DNA from: Bosea sp. (in: a-proteobacteria)
GTDB taxonomy: Bacteria > Pseudomonadota > Alphaproteobacteria > Rhizobiales > Beijerinckiaceae
Direction: 5' to 3'
Assembly: GCA_031412095.1 (NCBI GenBank)
Contig: JANOCI010000015.1
Coordinates: forward strand, 22,636-86,635
DNA length: 64,000 bases
Part shown: positions 1-10,214 of the stretch, in pieces
Layout: every line of letters begins with the position of its first letter
How positions within the stretch are numbered: the stretch's first letter is position 1
The notes under the pieces: model-generated
Seen by the model: only the letters and a program-made list of their open reading frames with translations
Database searches by the model: none
What the model was told of the DNA's origin: nothing
Made by a program: the position numbers and the translations under genes

Positions 1-2
1 CG

Positions 3-422
3 CCGCTCGATCTGCCTGAGCTCTTCGCTGTCCTGGCCAATCCCGGCGTCGCGGTTTCGACCGCATCCGTATTCGCTGCGCTCGGGCTTCAGAAGGGCGA
101 GGCGAGGCGCCATGACCCCGGGCCGGGAACGAATGCGGGCTCGTGGAGCAAGGATGGGCTTGGCGACGCGGCCAGCCTGATCAGCGCCGACCTCGAGGAC
201 CATGGCAATGATCTCGAAGGCGCTGCCTGCCTGATGCAGCCCGTCATCGGCGTCGCGCTCGCGGCATTGGGCCGCGCGAAGGGATGCCGCCTTGCGCGCA
301 TGTCCGGATCGGGCGCGACCTGCTTCGGCTTGTTCGGCGGAAGGGCGGAAAGCCTGGCGGCTGCGAAGGCTCTTCAGACTTCCAATCCCGAATGGTGGGT
401 CCGGGCGACGATCCTGCGCTGA
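3..422 (+). CDS. ispE: 4-diphosphocytidyl-2-C-methyl-D-erythritol kinase (IspE), 3' part; 5' end outside window
   Basis: Frame 3 is open from the window edge to TGA 420-422. My translation gives ...NDLEGAACLMQPVIGVAL...ARMSGSGATCFGLF..., the GHMP-kinase motif-3 region typical of IspE. Confidence 0.8.
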   Translation, partial: PLDLPELFAVLANPGVAVSTASVFAALGLQKGEARRHDPGPGTNAGSWSKDGLGDAASLISADLEDHGNDLEGAACLMQPVIGVALAALGRAKGCRLARMSGSGATCFGLFGGRAESLAAAKALQTSNPEWWVRATILR

Positions 423-451
423 ACGGACCGGGCCCGATCAACAGGCGAGCG

Positions 452-937
452 TCAGTTCAGCTTCGACTTCACGTCGCCAAGGCTTCTCGCCAGCATGTCA
501 GCCCCGCCCGCGCCGCTCATCTGGCCGCGAAGCAGGTGCTCTGCGGCCCTCGCGGCGGCGTCGGCCGCTGCGGCGCGCACGTCGGCGGAGGCCTGCGCTT
601 CGGCCTGGGCGATCTTGATCTCGGCCGTCTTCGTCCGGCGGGCGATGAAGTCCGCCATCTTGGCCTCGGCGTCCCTCGCGAGGCGTTCAGCCTCATCCTT
701 GGCGGACGCGATGATGGCGTCGGCCTCCGCCTCGGCGGATTTGCGCTTCGCCTCATACTCGGCGAGCAGCTTCATCGCATCCTCGCGGAGCTTCCGGGCC
801 TCGGCGAGCTCGGCGGCGATCTTCGCGCCGCGCGAATCAAGCGCGTCGAGGACCATCGTGTGGACCCCGAACCTGACCAGTATGGCGAAGAAGATCAGGA
901 GGCCGACTGTGCTCCACAGATAGGTGTTTGCCAGCAT
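452..937 (-). CDS. atpF: F0F1 ATP synthase subunit b
   Basis: 161 aa with one N-terminal TM (YLWSTVGLLIFFAILV) followed by a long Ala/Glu/Lys-rich helix. Last gene of the a-c-b'-b order typical of alphaproteobacterial F0 operons. Confidence 0.85.
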   Translation of the reverse strand: MLANTYLWSTVGLLIFFAILVRFGVHTMVLDALDSRGAKIAAELAEARKLREDAMKLLAEYEAKRKSAEAEADAIIASAKDEAERLARDAEAKMADFIARRTKTAEIKIAQAEAQASADVRAAAADAAARAAEHLLRGQMSGAGGADMLARSLGDVKSKLN

Positions 938-947
938 GGGAGCCTCC

Positions 948-1493
948 TCAGGCCTTCAGTGCAGCTTTGAGGGCGGCATCAAGGTCCCCCGTTGCAGGCG
1001 CGGAGCCTCCGAGGCGCTCCACGATGGCGGACGCCGACTCGGCGGCGATCGCCTGAACGTTCTCCATTGCCTTGGCCTTGGTGGCCTCGATCTGGGCTTC
1101 GGCGGCGAAAAGCTTGGCGGCCAGGTCGCTTTCAAGCGCCTTGCGGCGGACCTCGACGCCAGCGTTGACTTCGTCGCGCTTGGCCTGGGCGATGCCTTGC
1201 GCCTTGGCCTTGGCCTCGGCGAGGGCCTTTTCATATGCGGCGCCCGCATCCTCGGCCTTCGCCTTGGCTGCGGCGGCGTCGTCGAGGTCCCTGGCGATGC
1301 GGGAGGCGCGGCCCTCGATCACATCGGTGAGGCGAGGAGCGAAGATCTTCGAGACCAGCCAATACAGCAAGCCGAAGAAAATCGCGAGCCAGAGCAGCTG
1401 CGACGCGAATGTCTCGGTCTTGAAAGGCGGGAAGCCCGGCCCGGCATTGCTGCCGCCCGGAACCTCTGTGCCTGTATTTTGCGGTGACGCCAT
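948..1493 (-). CDS. atpF2: F0F1 ATP synthase subunit b' (second b-type subunit)
   Basis: 181 aa with an N-terminal TM (LLWLAIFFGLLYWLV) plus a charged coiled helix. Lies between atpE and atpF; duplicated b subunits are the alphaproteobacterial arrangement. Confidence 0.85.
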   Translation of the reverse strand: MASPQNTGTEVPGGSNAGPGFPPFKTETFASQLLWLAIFFGLLYWLVSKIFAPRLTDVIEGRASRIARDLDDAAAAKAKAEDAGAAYEKALAEAKAKAQGIAQAKRDEVNAGVEVRRKALESDLAAKLFAAEAQIEATKAKAMENVQAIAAESASAIVERLGGSAPATGDLDAALKAALKA

Positions 1494-1585
1494 ATCGGTG
1501 GACCTCGAAAACGCAGACTGCTCAGGCCCTCATGCGGGACGGCCCCTGAGGCCCGCCGCGCACATGAGGGCGCCCGTGACCGGGA

Positions 1586-1810
1586 TCAGGTGAACAGGAG
1601 GAGCAGCGCCACGACGAGCGCGAAGATGCCCAAGCCTTCGGCAAGGGCGGCGCCGACGAAGGCGCGGCCGAACTGGCTGTCTGCCGCCGACGGATTGCGC
1701 AATGCGCCCGACAGGAAGTTGCCGAAGATGTTGCCAACGCCGATGGCGGCGAGGCCCATGCCCAGACAGGCGATGCCGGCTCCGAGGAACTTGGCGGCTT
1801 GGGCGTCCAT
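1586..1810 (-). CDS. atpE: F0F1 ATP synthase subunit c
   Basis: 74-aa hairpin proteolipid, [17 protein letters not shown]...RNP...[17 protein letters not shown], with the conserved carboxylate (E) in helix 2. Confidence 0.95.
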   Translation of the reverse strand: MDAQAAKFLGAGIACLGMGLAAIGVGNIFGNFLSGALRNPSAADSQFGRAFVGAALAEGLGIFALVVALLLLFT

Positions 1811-1867
1811 GATACTACTCCTTGAGATGTCTAGCAGGTTCGTGAGGTGGTTTGATCCGGCACCAGA

Positions 1868-2620
1868 TCAGTGGCCGGGGTGGAGAGCATCGTTGAGATA
1901 CACGCAGGTCAGGATCGTGAATACGTAAGCCTGCAGGAAAGCAACGAGAAATTCGAGGGCGGTGAGCGCCACGATCATGCCGAGCGGCAGCGTCGCGCCT
2001 AGGATGCCGCCGATGCCGAGCGCGCCGAGCGAGACGACGAAGCCGGCGAAAACCTTGAGCGCGATGTGGCCGGCCAGCATGTTCGCGAACAGGCGCATGC
2101 CGAGCGATATGGGGCGGGACAGGAACGAGATCACCTCGATGACCACGAGGAACGGGACCAGGAGAGCCGGAGCGCCCTGCGGCACGAACAAGCCGAAGAA
2201 ATGGGAGCCGTGCCTGGCGATGCCGACCCCGATCACCGACAAGAACACCACCATGGCCAGGGCGAAGGTGACGATGATGTGGCTGGTGACGGTGAACGAG
2301 CCGGGGATCATGCCCATGAAGTTCGCGGTCAGCACGAAGAGGAACAACGAGAAGACAAGCGGGAAAAACTGCATGCCTTCCTTGCCTGCGGCGCTTTTCA
2401 GCGTGTTGGCGACGAACTCGTAGAGCATCTCCGCGAAAGATTGCAGCCGGCCGGGCACCAGCGAGCGCTGCGAGGTCGCCACCATGAAGAAGACGCCGAC
2501 CACGGCCACGACCAGCATCATGAACAGCGACGAATTCGTGAAGGCGATTTCAGAGTTGCCGATCCTGCCAAAGGGAATGATCGGCTTGATCACGAACTGG
2601 TCAAGCGGGCTGGTGGCCAT
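1868..2620 (-). CDS. atpB: F0F1 ATP synthase subunit a
   Basis: 250-aa polytopic membrane protein with the subunit-a signature [15 protein letters not shown]. Confidence 0.95.
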   Translation of the reverse strand: MATSPLDQFVIKPIIPFGRIGNSEIAFTNSSLFMMLVVAVVGVFFMVATSQRSLVPGRLQSFAEMLYEFVANTLKSAAGKEGMQFFPLVFSLFLFVLTANFMGMIPGSFTVTSHIIVTFALAMVVFLSVIGVGIARHGSHFFGLFVPQGAPALLVPFLVVIEVISFLSRPISLGMRLFANMLAGHIALKVFAGFVVSLGALGIGGILGATLPLGMIVALTALEFLVAFLQAYVFTILTCVYLNDALHPGH

Positions 2621-2656
2621 GGCGTTCAGAATCTCGCGTTGGTCGTAACAGTCGGA

Positions 2657-3034
2657 TCAGTCGGGGGTGGGACCTGGCGGGACGCCAGACTGGCTCTGCG
2701 TGGCGCGATACAGGTTTCTGAGGCCCGCTGCAAACCCAAACATCAAACCAATCAACAATCCAAACGGCTGGATGCCCGCATAACGGTCGACCAGCCAGCC
2801 AAGCAACCCTCCGGCCACGATTCCCGCGACGAATTCGGACACCAGTTTCATGCCGTGCGCCATCGCCGAGCCGTCGGCCGCGAGGCGGCCCTGGGACTTG
2901 GTCGAGGGCGCACGGTCCGACCGGATTTCCGACAGGCGCGCGTCGATGTGGCGGAGCTTTGCCGACAGGTCGGCTTCGGATGACGGACCTGGACCCTGTG
3001 AATCCCGGTCGCCCTGCTTGTTCTGTTCCGACAT
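2657..3034 (-). CDS. atpI: AtpI/AtpZ-like ATP synthase protein I
   Basis: 125 aa with two C-terminal TMs. Sits directly upstream of atpB in the same orientation, the usual position of atpI. Confidence 0.65.
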   Translation of the reverse strand: MSEQNKQGDRDSQGPGPSSEADLSAKLRHIDARLSEIRSDRAPSTKSQGRLAADGSAMAHGMKLVSEFVAGIVAGGLLGWLVDRYAGIQPFGLLIGLMFGFAAGLRNLYRATQSQSGVPPGPTPD

Positions 3035-3212
3035 CGGTCAGACTTTCACAACGGCGCCGCAGCGACGCCCAAGGGACCGGCAGGAAATCCCACCTGAAGC
3101 CGCGCGCACCATATTTTTGGCGCCGGACCCTGTCAAGGACAGATGCTCTGGACACAAGCTCCTGAAAAAAAACGTCAATTTTCTGGAGAGCCGCGGCGGC
3201 GCGCTCCTGGCG

Positions 3213-6200
3213 TCACACCGCCTCCCTGATCTGCTCGGCCGTCTCCAAGTCGACCGACACGAGCTGCGACACTCCGCGCTCCGCCATCGTGACGCCGAAC
3301 AGCCGGTCCATGCGCGACATCGTGATCGGGTTGTGCGTGATCACGACGAAGCGGGTCTCGGTCTGGCCGACCATGTCGCGTAGCAGATCGCAATATCGCT
3401 CGACATTGGCGTCATCCAGCGGGGCGTCGACCTCGTCCAGCACGCAGATCGGCGACGGATTCGTGAGGAAGACCGCGAAGATCAGCGCCGTCGCCGTCAG
3501 GGCCTGCTCGCCGCCGGAAAGCAATGTCATGGTCTGCGGCTTTTTGCCCGGGGGGCGCGCCAGGATCTCGAGGCCGGCCTCCAGAGGATCGTCCGAATCG
3601 ACAAGTGTCAGCTCCGCCTCGCCGCCGCCGAACAGCACGCCGAACAGCCGCTTGAAATGGCCGTTGACGATCTCGAACGCAGCCAGCAGCCGCTCGCGGC
3701 CTTCGCGGTTCAGCGAGCCGATGGCCTGCCTGAGCCTGCGGATCGCCTCGGTGAGGTCATCGCGCTCGCGGATCAGCGCATCGCGCTTGGCCTCGATGTC
3801 GACCAGCTCCTCGTCGGCGCGGAGATTGACAGCCCCCAGCCGCTCGCGGTCGCCCTTGAGCGCGCCCAGACGCCGCTCGGTCTCCGCCGCGGCAGGCAGA
3901 TCGGCACCAGCCGGGACGCCGGCGAGAGCGAGCAGACCTTCCGGCGCGACGCCCAGATTATCGGCGATGGCGCGTGTCACGTCCCCAAGCCGGGCGTGGG
4001 CGGCCTCGAGGCGCGCTTCGCTGGCGGCGCGTGCCTCGCGCGTGCCTGCGAGCGCATCGAGAGCCAGGCGCGCCGCCTTGTCCGCCTCCGAGGCCAGCGT
4101 CTCGGCGCGCGCCAGTTCGTCGGCGGCCGCCTTCCTCTTGGCGTCGGCCTCTTCGATCATCGCCGTCATCTCGCGGCGGCGGACCAGGAACGTATCGGGC
4201 GCTTCGGCGAGGACGGCCGCCTCGGCCTCCGTCGCCTGCCTGCGCTTGGCGGCTTCGTCCCGCGCCTCCTGCGAACGCGCGATGCGCTCGCGCCAACGGC
4301 CGATCTCGGCGGCGGCGACGCCAAGGCGCTCGCGGCGCAGGGCATCCTCGCGCTCGATGGTCTGCAGCGTGGCGCGCGCCTGCACCGCGGCCAGCCGGAG
4401 CTCCGCCACATGGATGCCAGCATGCGCAAGGGCCGCTTCGAGCTCCTGGGATGGCGAGAGCGAAGAAAGCCCGTCCTCCGCCTGCTGCCGCGCGAGCCCT
4501 GCCTCGACCTCCGATGCGGCCAGGCGTCCGACGCCTTCCGCGAGGCTGGCGCGGCGGGAGGCCTTGTCCGCGATCCTGCGCTCGGCCTGCGCCAGCTGCT
4601 CGCGCGCCTGGTCAAGTCCGCGGCGTAGCTCACGCGCCAGCTCGATCGCCAGCGTCTCCGCCTGCGCAGCCTGGCGCACCCTTGCCTGAACGGCGTCGAA
4701 CGCTTCGCGGGCAGTTTCCGCTTCCTCCCGCGCCGCCTGCGCGTCGCGCTCGAGGTCTCCCAGCCTGTTCTTCTCGGCCAGACGCCGCGCGGCGGGCGTC
4801 GGCGCCTCGGCGGCTGCGATGAAGCCGTCCCAGCGCCACAGGTCGCCCTCCTTCGACACGAGGCGCTGCCCAGCCTTGAGCTGCTGCATCAGCCTGAGCC
4901 CATCGGCGCGAGCGACGACGCCGATCTGCCTGAGGCGCCGCTGCATGGCGGCGGGCGCGCGGACCTTGCCAACCAGCGGCTCGGCGTCGCCCGGCAGCGT
5001 CGGATCGGACTGATCGACGCCCAGATCCCGCCAGTGGGCGGGGGCCGATGGATTGGACGACGCATCAAGGTCCTCGCCGAGCGCTGCGCCGAGCGCCATC
5101 TCATAGCCTTTCTGCACGGCCAACTGGTCAAGCACCGGCGGCCAAAGATCGCTCGACGGGCCGGAGAGCAACTTCTGCAGCGTGCGCACCTCAGTCTCGA
5201 GCCGCTGCGCCTTGCGGTCCGCCTCGGCTTGCGGAACACGGGCTTTCTGCTCCGCCTCGCGTGCGGCGGCAAGGGCCTGGCGCGCCGCCTGGGAAGCGGC
5301 CTCCGCCTGCCCCACGCCGGTCGCCGCCGCCGCCAGCCGCTCACGGAGCGCCTCGACGGCAGGGCCGGCCCCGCTATCTGCGTCCAGCTCGCTCAAGGAC
5401 CGCTCAAGCCCTTCGCGCTCACTGCGATGGCGCGCCGCGCGGCCGGCGGCGTCACGGAGTGCGCGCTCAAAGGCAGCCCGGCGCGCGGTGATGTCGGCCA
5501 GTGCGGACTGGGCCTTGGACTGAACGGCTTCCGCCGCCGCCAAGGCTACCTCCGCCGCATCCTGCCGTCCGACGGCCGCAGCCCTCAGTTCGGCGCCGCC
5601 AAGGCTTTGAGCCTTCAGCCGGGCCTCCTCGTCGGCAAGACGGGCCAGGCTCGCCTCCGCATCGACCGACACGCCCGCCTCGCGCGCCAGGTCCGCGTCG
5701 AGCTCCGCCATGCGGCGCACCAATTCCTCGGAACGCTGCCGGTTGCGCCGGTCCTCCGCCTCCAGCTCATCAAGCGCCCGGCGGACACGGACCAGCGCCG
5801 CGGCGGCGGCGGCCTCCCTGTCCCTGAGGGCGGGCATGGCGTGCGCCGCCACGGCCTGATAGCGGGCGGCCTCGGCCTGTATGCGGGTCGCATCGGCGAC
5901 GTCGCGCAGGGCCGCCTCGGCAGCGCGTTCGGCGGCGGCGGCCTGGCCCCGCGCATCACGATGGCTGATCGCAGCCAGCAGCGCCTCGGCGGCCCGGATG
6001 TCGGCGGCGAGCGCCTTGTAACGCCCTGCCTGCCGCGCCTGCCGCCGCAGAGCCTCGATCTGCGCATCGATCTCGCGCAGCACATCCTCGAGGCGCACGA
6101 GGTTGTCTTCGGCGGCCCTCAGCCGCAGTTCCGCCTCGTGCCGGCGCGCATGAAGCCCGGCGATCCCCGCCGCATCCTCCAGGATGCGCCGCCGCGACTG

Positions 6201-6671
6201 GGGCTTGGCGGCGATGATCTCGTTGATCTGGCCCTGCCGGACCAGCGCCGGCGAACGGGAGCCCGTCGCCGCATCCGCGAACAGGAGCTGGACGTCGCGG
6301 GCGCGCACCTCCTTGCCGTTCACGCGGTAGGTCGAGCCTTCCTCGCGCTCGATGCGGCGCGTGACCTCCAGCACATCGACATCGTTGAACTGGGAGGGCG
6401 CCTTGCGGTCGCTGTTGTCGAGGGTCAGGCCCACCTCGGCCACGTTACGCGCCGGGCGTCCGCCCGAGCCGGCGAAGATCACGTCATCCATGCCCGATGC
6501 GCGCATATTCTTGAAAGAATTCTCGCCCATGACCCAGCGCAGGGCCTCGACGAGGTTGGACTTGCCGCAGCCGTTCGGACCCACGATGCCGGAAAGGCCG
6601 GGCTCGATATGAAAGTCGGTGGCCTCGACGAAGGACTTGAAACCGGTCAGCTTGAGCCGCGTGAGCTTCAT
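3213..6671 (-). CDS. smc: chromosome segregation protein SMC
   Basis: 1152 aa. N-terminal Walker A (GPNGCGKSN), very long Ala/Arg/Glu coiled coils, a central hinge, and C-terminal LSGGE signature plus Walker B (ICVLDEVDAPLD). Confidence 0.95.
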   Translation of the reverse strand: MKLTRLKLTGFKSFVEATDFHIEPGLSGIVGPNGCGKSNLVEALRWVMGENSFKNMRASGMDDVIFAGSGGRPARNVAEVGLTLDNSDRKAPSQFNDVDVLEVTRRIEREEGSTYRVNGKEVRARDVQLLFADAATGSRSPALVRQGQINEIIAAKPQSRRRILEDAAGIAGLHARRHEAELRLRAAEDNLVRLEDVLREIDAQIEALRRQARQAGRYKALAADIRAAEALLAAISHRDARGQAAAAERAAEAALRDVADATRIQAEAARYQAVAAHAMPALRDREAAAAAALVRVRRALDELEAEDRRNRQRSEELVRRMAELDADLAREAGVSVDAEASLARLADEEARLKAQSLGGAELRAAAVGRQDAAEVALAAAEAVQSKAQSALADITARRAAFERALRDAAGRAARHRSEREGLERSLSELDADSGAGPAVEALRERLAAAATGVGQAEAASQAARQALAAAREAEQKARVPQAEADRKAQRLETEVRTLQKLLSGPSSDLWPPVLDQLAVQKGYEMALGAALGEDLDASSNPSAPAHWRDLGVDQSDPTLPGDAEPLVGKVRAPAAMQRRLRQIGVVARADGLRLMQQLKAGQRLVSKEGDLWRWDGFIAAAEAPTPAARRLAEKNRLGDLERDAQAAREEAETAREAFDAVQARVRQAAQAETLAIELARELRRGLDQAREQLAQAERRIADKASRRASLAEGVGRLAASEVEAGLARQQAEDGLSSLSPSQELEAALAHAGIHVAELRLAAVQARATLQTIEREDALRRERLGVAAAEIGRWRERIARSQEARDEAAKRRQATEAEAAVLAEAPDTFLVRRREMTAMIEEADAKRKAAADELARAETLASEADKAARLALDALAGTREARAASEARLEAAHARLGDVTRAIADNLGVAPEGLLALAGVPAGADLPAAAETERRLGALKGDRERLGAVNLRADEELVDIEAKRDALIRERDDLTEAIRRLRQAIGSLNREGRERLLAAFEIVNGHFKRLFGVLFGGGEAELTLVDSDDPLEAGLEILARPPGKKPQTMTLLSGGEQALTATALIFAVFLTNPSPICVLDEVDAPLDDANVERYCDLLRDMVGQTETRFVVITHNPITMSRMDRLFGVTMAERGVSQLVSVDLETAEQIREAV

Positions 6672-6719
6672 CGCTTGAGCCCGGCGCGGGACGGCGCCAT
6701 CGCGCGGGGACGTGCGGGA

Positions 6720-7361
6720 TCAGGCCCCGACGAGGGGCTGCAGGATCTTGTCAAGCTCCGCCATTGTGAGCGCACCGCGATGAACCTGCCCGTTGATGAT
6801 CAGGGTTGGCGTGGAATTGACCTTGAAGCCGTCAGCCGCCTTGTCCTTGGTCGCGTTCAACGCTCCATACAAATCCTGCCGTTGCAAGCAGGCGTTGAAA
6901 CTTTCCTGTGTGAAACCGGCCTGCCGGGCCGCCTGGAGCAGCGCGTCCCGCGGCGTGTTGGTGAAGGCCCATTTCTCCTGCTGCTTGAACAGGAAATCGA
7001 GGAAAGCACCGCGCCGCTCGGCCGGTCCGCAATACGACAGCATCGATGCAGCCATGTCGAGCGGGTTCAGCACGAAGTTGCGGAAGACGAACCTGACCTT
7101 GCCGGTGTCGATGTACTTCGCCTTGAGCTCGGGCAGGATGTCGTTGTGGAAGCGGGCGCAATGCGAGCACGTGGTCGAAGCATACTCGATGATCGTCACT
7201 TTGGCGTCGGCGGAGCCATAGACCAGATCGGGCAGGGCCGGATTCGCGGCGGCAAGCACCTCGGCCATGTTGAGGCTGGCCTGCGCATGCGCGGACGTTG
7301 CGGCGGCCAGAACGGCGCCTAGCGCGGCCGAGCCCAGCATCACATCACGGCGTGTCGTCAT
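6720..7361 (-). CDS. DsbA-family thiol:disulfide oxidoreductase (periplasmic)
   Basis: CSHC active site (STTCSHCARF) and the thioredoxin-fold context. ATG 7361 (MTTRRDVMLGSAALGAVLAAATSAHA) gives a Tat/Sec-like signal and has AGAGGA upstream. The track start 7427 is probably an overextension. Confidence 0.8.
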   Translation of the reverse strand: MTTRRDVMLGSAALGAVLAAATSAHAQASLNMAEVLAAANPALPDLVYGSADAKVTIIEYASTTCSHCARFHNDILPELKAKYIDTGKVRFVFRNFVLNPLDMAASMLSYCGPAERRGAFLDFLFKQQEKWAFTNTPRDALLQAARQAGFTQESFNACLQRQDLYGALNATKDKAADGFKVNSTPTLIINGQVHRGALTMAELDKILQPLVGA

Positions 7362-7472
7362 CGCGGCATCCTCTTGAATTGCATTCAGGCGGCATTGCTG
7401 CACGCAGCGCGCCATCGGCGGCAACATACCTTGCCGATCATTGATGACAAGGGATTGCGGCCAAACTCGGCA

Positions 7473-8141
7473 CTACACGTTTTCGCCAGCCTTGCCCGCG
7501 CGGCGGCTGACAGCCAGCCCCAGCCGAGTCACGGCGTCCCTCAGCCCGGGTTCGGCGATGCGCCCGGCCGACGTGGCGACCTGCTCGACGACGGCCGCCT
7601 GCAGCGGTCCTTGCGGCCTTGCCTTCGGCGGGCCCTCGACATGCGCCGGGCCCTGCTTCAGCACCACCTTGCCCACGGCAGGCCAGCCCAGATGCGCGTT
7701 GATCCGCGCCATCACCACGGGCGCGGCATGCTGGAGCTCGGGCGCGAAGGCGCTCTCGACCAGCACCACCAGCGTGGCCGGCTCGCTTCTCTCGCCGGCC
7801 TGCGCCGGCCGCCTGGGCCAATCGATCTTCAGGGGACGCGAACGCTGCGCCAGCCGCTCACCGACGATCTCCGGCCAGTTGCCGATCACCTCGCGCCCGG
7901 CGAAGCCCTTGGCGGCCAGCGCCGGCGCCATCGCAGCGCCGATCATGTCGGCGAGTGGCCTGGCGGCGCGGCGGCGTTTTGCGTTCTGCGGATCCATGCC
8001 GGAGCGTGGCACGAAGGGGAGCGCTCCTTCAACGGCGATCTTTCCTGCGGCGCCCATCTTTTCCGCGCCGCCCTTTCTGCACTCGAGAGGACTTTGCGCG
8101 CGGTTGGCCAGGTTGTCACTTGCCGAAGGACGCCAGGGCAT
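7473..8141 (-). CDS. DUF721-like (DciA-type) protein; start uncertain
   Basis: The region ...WPEIVGERLAQRSRPLKI...TLVVLVESAFAPELQHAAPVVMARINAHLG... resembles the DUF721 family as I recall it. Divergent from mutY. Internal Mets at residues 29 and 49 are alternative starts. Confidence 0.55.
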   Translation of the reverse strand: MPWRPSASDNLANRAQSPLECRKGGAEKMGAAGKIAVEGALPFVPRSGMDPQNAKRRRAARPLADMIGAAMAPALAAKGFAGREVIGNWPEIVGERLAQRSRPLKIDWPRRPAQAGERSEPATLVVLVESAFAPELQHAAPVVMARINAHLGWPAVGKVVLKQGPAHVEGPPKARPQGPLQAAVVEQVATSAGRIAEPGLRDAVTRLGLAVSRRAGKAGENV

Positions 8142-8155
8142 GACACGGATCAGCG

Positions 8156-9253
8156 ATGCCTGAAGCGACCGCGCACGGACTCCTGACCTGGTATGACCGC
8201 CACCGCCGCGCCTTGCCCTGGCGCGCCCTGCCGGGCGAACGCGCCGATCCCTATCGGGTCTGGCTGTCGGAGATCATGCTGCAGCAGACCACCGTGCAGG
8301 CGGTCAAACCGTATTTCGAGGCGTTCCTCGCCCGGTTCCCGACGGTCGCAGACCTCGCCGCGGCCCCGACTGAAAGCGTGATGAGCGCCTGGGCCGGGCT
8401 TGGCTACTACAGCCGGGCGCGAAACCTGCACGCCTGCGCAAAGGCCGTGGCGGAGGCGCATGGCGGCCGCTTTCCCTCGACCGAAGCTGAGCTGCGCACG
8501 TTGCCGGGAGTTGGGCCCTACACGTCGGCGGCCATCGCAGCCATCGCCTTCAACCGGAAGGCGGCGGCCGTTGACGGCAATGTCGAGCGGGTGATGTCAA
8601 GGCTGTTCATGCTTGAAGCCCCGATGCCGGCGGGCAGGCCCGCTGTCGCGGCGCGGACCCTCGCGCTGGCGCCGGATCATCGCCCGGGAGATTTCGCACA
8701 GGCGCTGATGGACCTGGGCGCCACCATCTGCACGCCGCGCAAGCCCGCATGCGCCCTATGTCCCTGGATGTCGGCGTGCGGCGCGCGTCAGGCTGGAACG
8801 CAGGAGAGCTTTCCCCGCAAGCTGGCCAAGAAGGAGGGCGTGCTGCGGCGCGGCGTCGCGTTCGTTGCGCTCAGGGCGGACGATGCGGTGCTCCTCCGCA
8901 CCCGCCCGCCCAAGGGCCTCCTTGGCGGCATGGCCGAAACGCCCACCAGCGCGTGGAGCGCCTCGCTCGATCTGGCCTCAGCGCTGGACGAGCAGCCTTT
9001 GCCCGCCGACTGGTTGACGGCGAATGCGGCGGTGCGTCATGTCTTCACGCATTTTCCGCTGGAGCTGACCATCCTGGCCGCGCATTTGCCGCTTTCAGCC
9101 ACTGCCCCCGTGGGCGCGCGGTTCACGCCGCTGGCGGCGTTCGCGGAGGAGCCGCTGCCTACGCTGATGCTGAAAGTGATCGACGCCGGTCTGGCCGCGC
9201 TGGGCCGGACGAGGCCAGCTCAGGCCATGCCGCCGTCACGGGTCTTGAGGTAG
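8156..9253 (+). CDS. mutY: A/G-specific adenine DNA glycosylase MutY
   Basis: 365 aa with the HhH-GPD core ([27 protein letters not shown]), a 4-Cys Fe-S cluster loop ([17 protein letters not shown]) and a C-terminal NUDIX-like domain. Confidence 0.9.
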   Translation: MPEATAHGLLTWYDRHRRALPWRALPGERADPYRVWLSEIMLQQTTVQAVKPYFEAFLARFPTVADLAAAPTESVMSAWAGLGYYSRARNLHACAKAVAEAHGGRFPSTEAELRTLPGVGPYTSAAIAAIAFNRKAAAVDGNVERVMSRLFMLEAPMPAGRPAVAARTLALAPDHRPGDFAQALMDLGATICTPRKPACALCPWMSACGARQAGTQESFPRKLAKKEGVLRRGVAFVALRADDAVLLRTRPPKGLLGGMAETPTSAWSASLDLASALDEQPLPADWLTANAAVRHVFTHFPLELTILAAHLPLSATAPVGARFTPLAAFAEEPLPTLMLKVIDAGLAALGRTRPAQAMPPSRVLR

Positions 9254-10152
9254 GCCGCGCCGCAGGCCTTGGCGAGTTCGCGCACGCGCAGGATGTATCC
9301 CTGCCGCTCGGTCACTGAAATCACCCCGCGCGCATCCAGCAGGTTGAACACATGGCTCGCCTTGATGCACTGGTCATAGGCCGGCAGGGCCAGCTTGTGA
9401 TGGTTGTCGTTGGAGCCCGGCGAAGGTTCGCCTGCCGCCAGGTATTTCTGGCAGGCGGCCTCGGCATCCTTGAACTGCCGGAACAGCATCTCGGTGTCGG
9501 CATGCTCGAAATTATGCCGGGAATGTTCCTGTTCCGCCTGCAGGAAGACATCGCCGTAGGTGACCTTCTCGGCGCCCTCGAGCCCGTTGAAGTTCAGGTC
9601 ATAAACGTTGTCGACGCCCTGCACATACATGGCGAGGCGCTCCAGCCCATAGGTCAGTTCGCCGGCCACGGGCGCGCATTCGACGCCGGCGACCTGCTGG
9701 AAATAGGTGAACTGGCTGACCTCCATGCCGTCGCACCAGCATTCCCAGCCCAGGCCCCAGGCTCCCAGCGTCGGGCTTTCCCAATCATCCTCGACGAAGC
9801 GCACGTCATGCAGCGCAAGATCGACGCCGATGGCCGCGAGGCTGTCCAGGTAAAGCTGCTGCAGGTCGGGCGGGCTGGGCTTCAGGATGACCTGAAATTG
9901 ATAGTAATGCTGGAGCCGGTTGGGATTCTCGCCATAGCGGCCATCCTTGGGCCTGCGTGAGGGCTGCACGTAGGCCGCCTTCCAGGGCCGCGGCCCGAGC
10001 GCCCGCAGCGTTGTCGCCGGATGGAACGTGCCGGCGCCGACCTCCATGTCATAGGGCTGCAGGATGACGCAGCCATGGCTTGCCCAGAACTGCTGCAGGT
10101 TCAGCAGCAGGCCCTGAAAGGAGCGGGTCGGGTCGAGGGCGGGGCTGCTCAT
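9220..10152 (-). CDS. glyQ: glycine--tRNA ligase alpha subunit
   Basis: 310 aa with the near-invariant GlyQ N-terminus [43 protein letters not shown]...[23 protein letters not shown]. Confidence 0.95.
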   Translation of the reverse strand: MSSPALDPTRSFQGLLLNLQQFWASHGCVILQPYDMEVGAGTFHPATTLRALGPRPWKAAYVQPSRRPKDGRYGENPNRLQHYYQFQVILKPSPPDLQQLYLDSLAAIGVDLALHDVRFVEDDWESPTLGAWGLGWECWCDGMEVSQFTYFQQVAGVECAPVAGELTYGLERLAMYVQGVDNVYDLNFNGLEGAEKVTYGDVFLQAEQEHSRHNFEHADTEMLFRQFKDAEAACQKYLAAGEPSPGSNDNHHKLALPAYDQCIKASHVFNLLDARGVISVTERQGYILRVRELAKACGAAYLKTRDGGMA

Positions 10153-10214
10153 GGCGGTGTCCTGATTGACGGCCTTCTATTGGCGGCGTGCACACATCTG
10201 GTCAAGCACCGGTG

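Noticed and set aside
3035-3212. Possible terminator downstream of smc (run of T on the minus strand at 3166-3173)
   Set aside because: I could not find a convincing stem immediately preceding the T-run. The region more likely holds the atpI promoter.
3289-7322. Long plus-strand ORFs (3289..4689, 3657..4628, 5034..7322 at 762 aa, and others) inside and opposite smc and the dsbA-like gene
   Set aside because: Their products are Ala/Arg/Gly/Pro-rich low-complexity strings with no motifs. They are antisense shadows of a clearly real SMC gene, which is expected in about 70% GC DNA where stop codons are rare.
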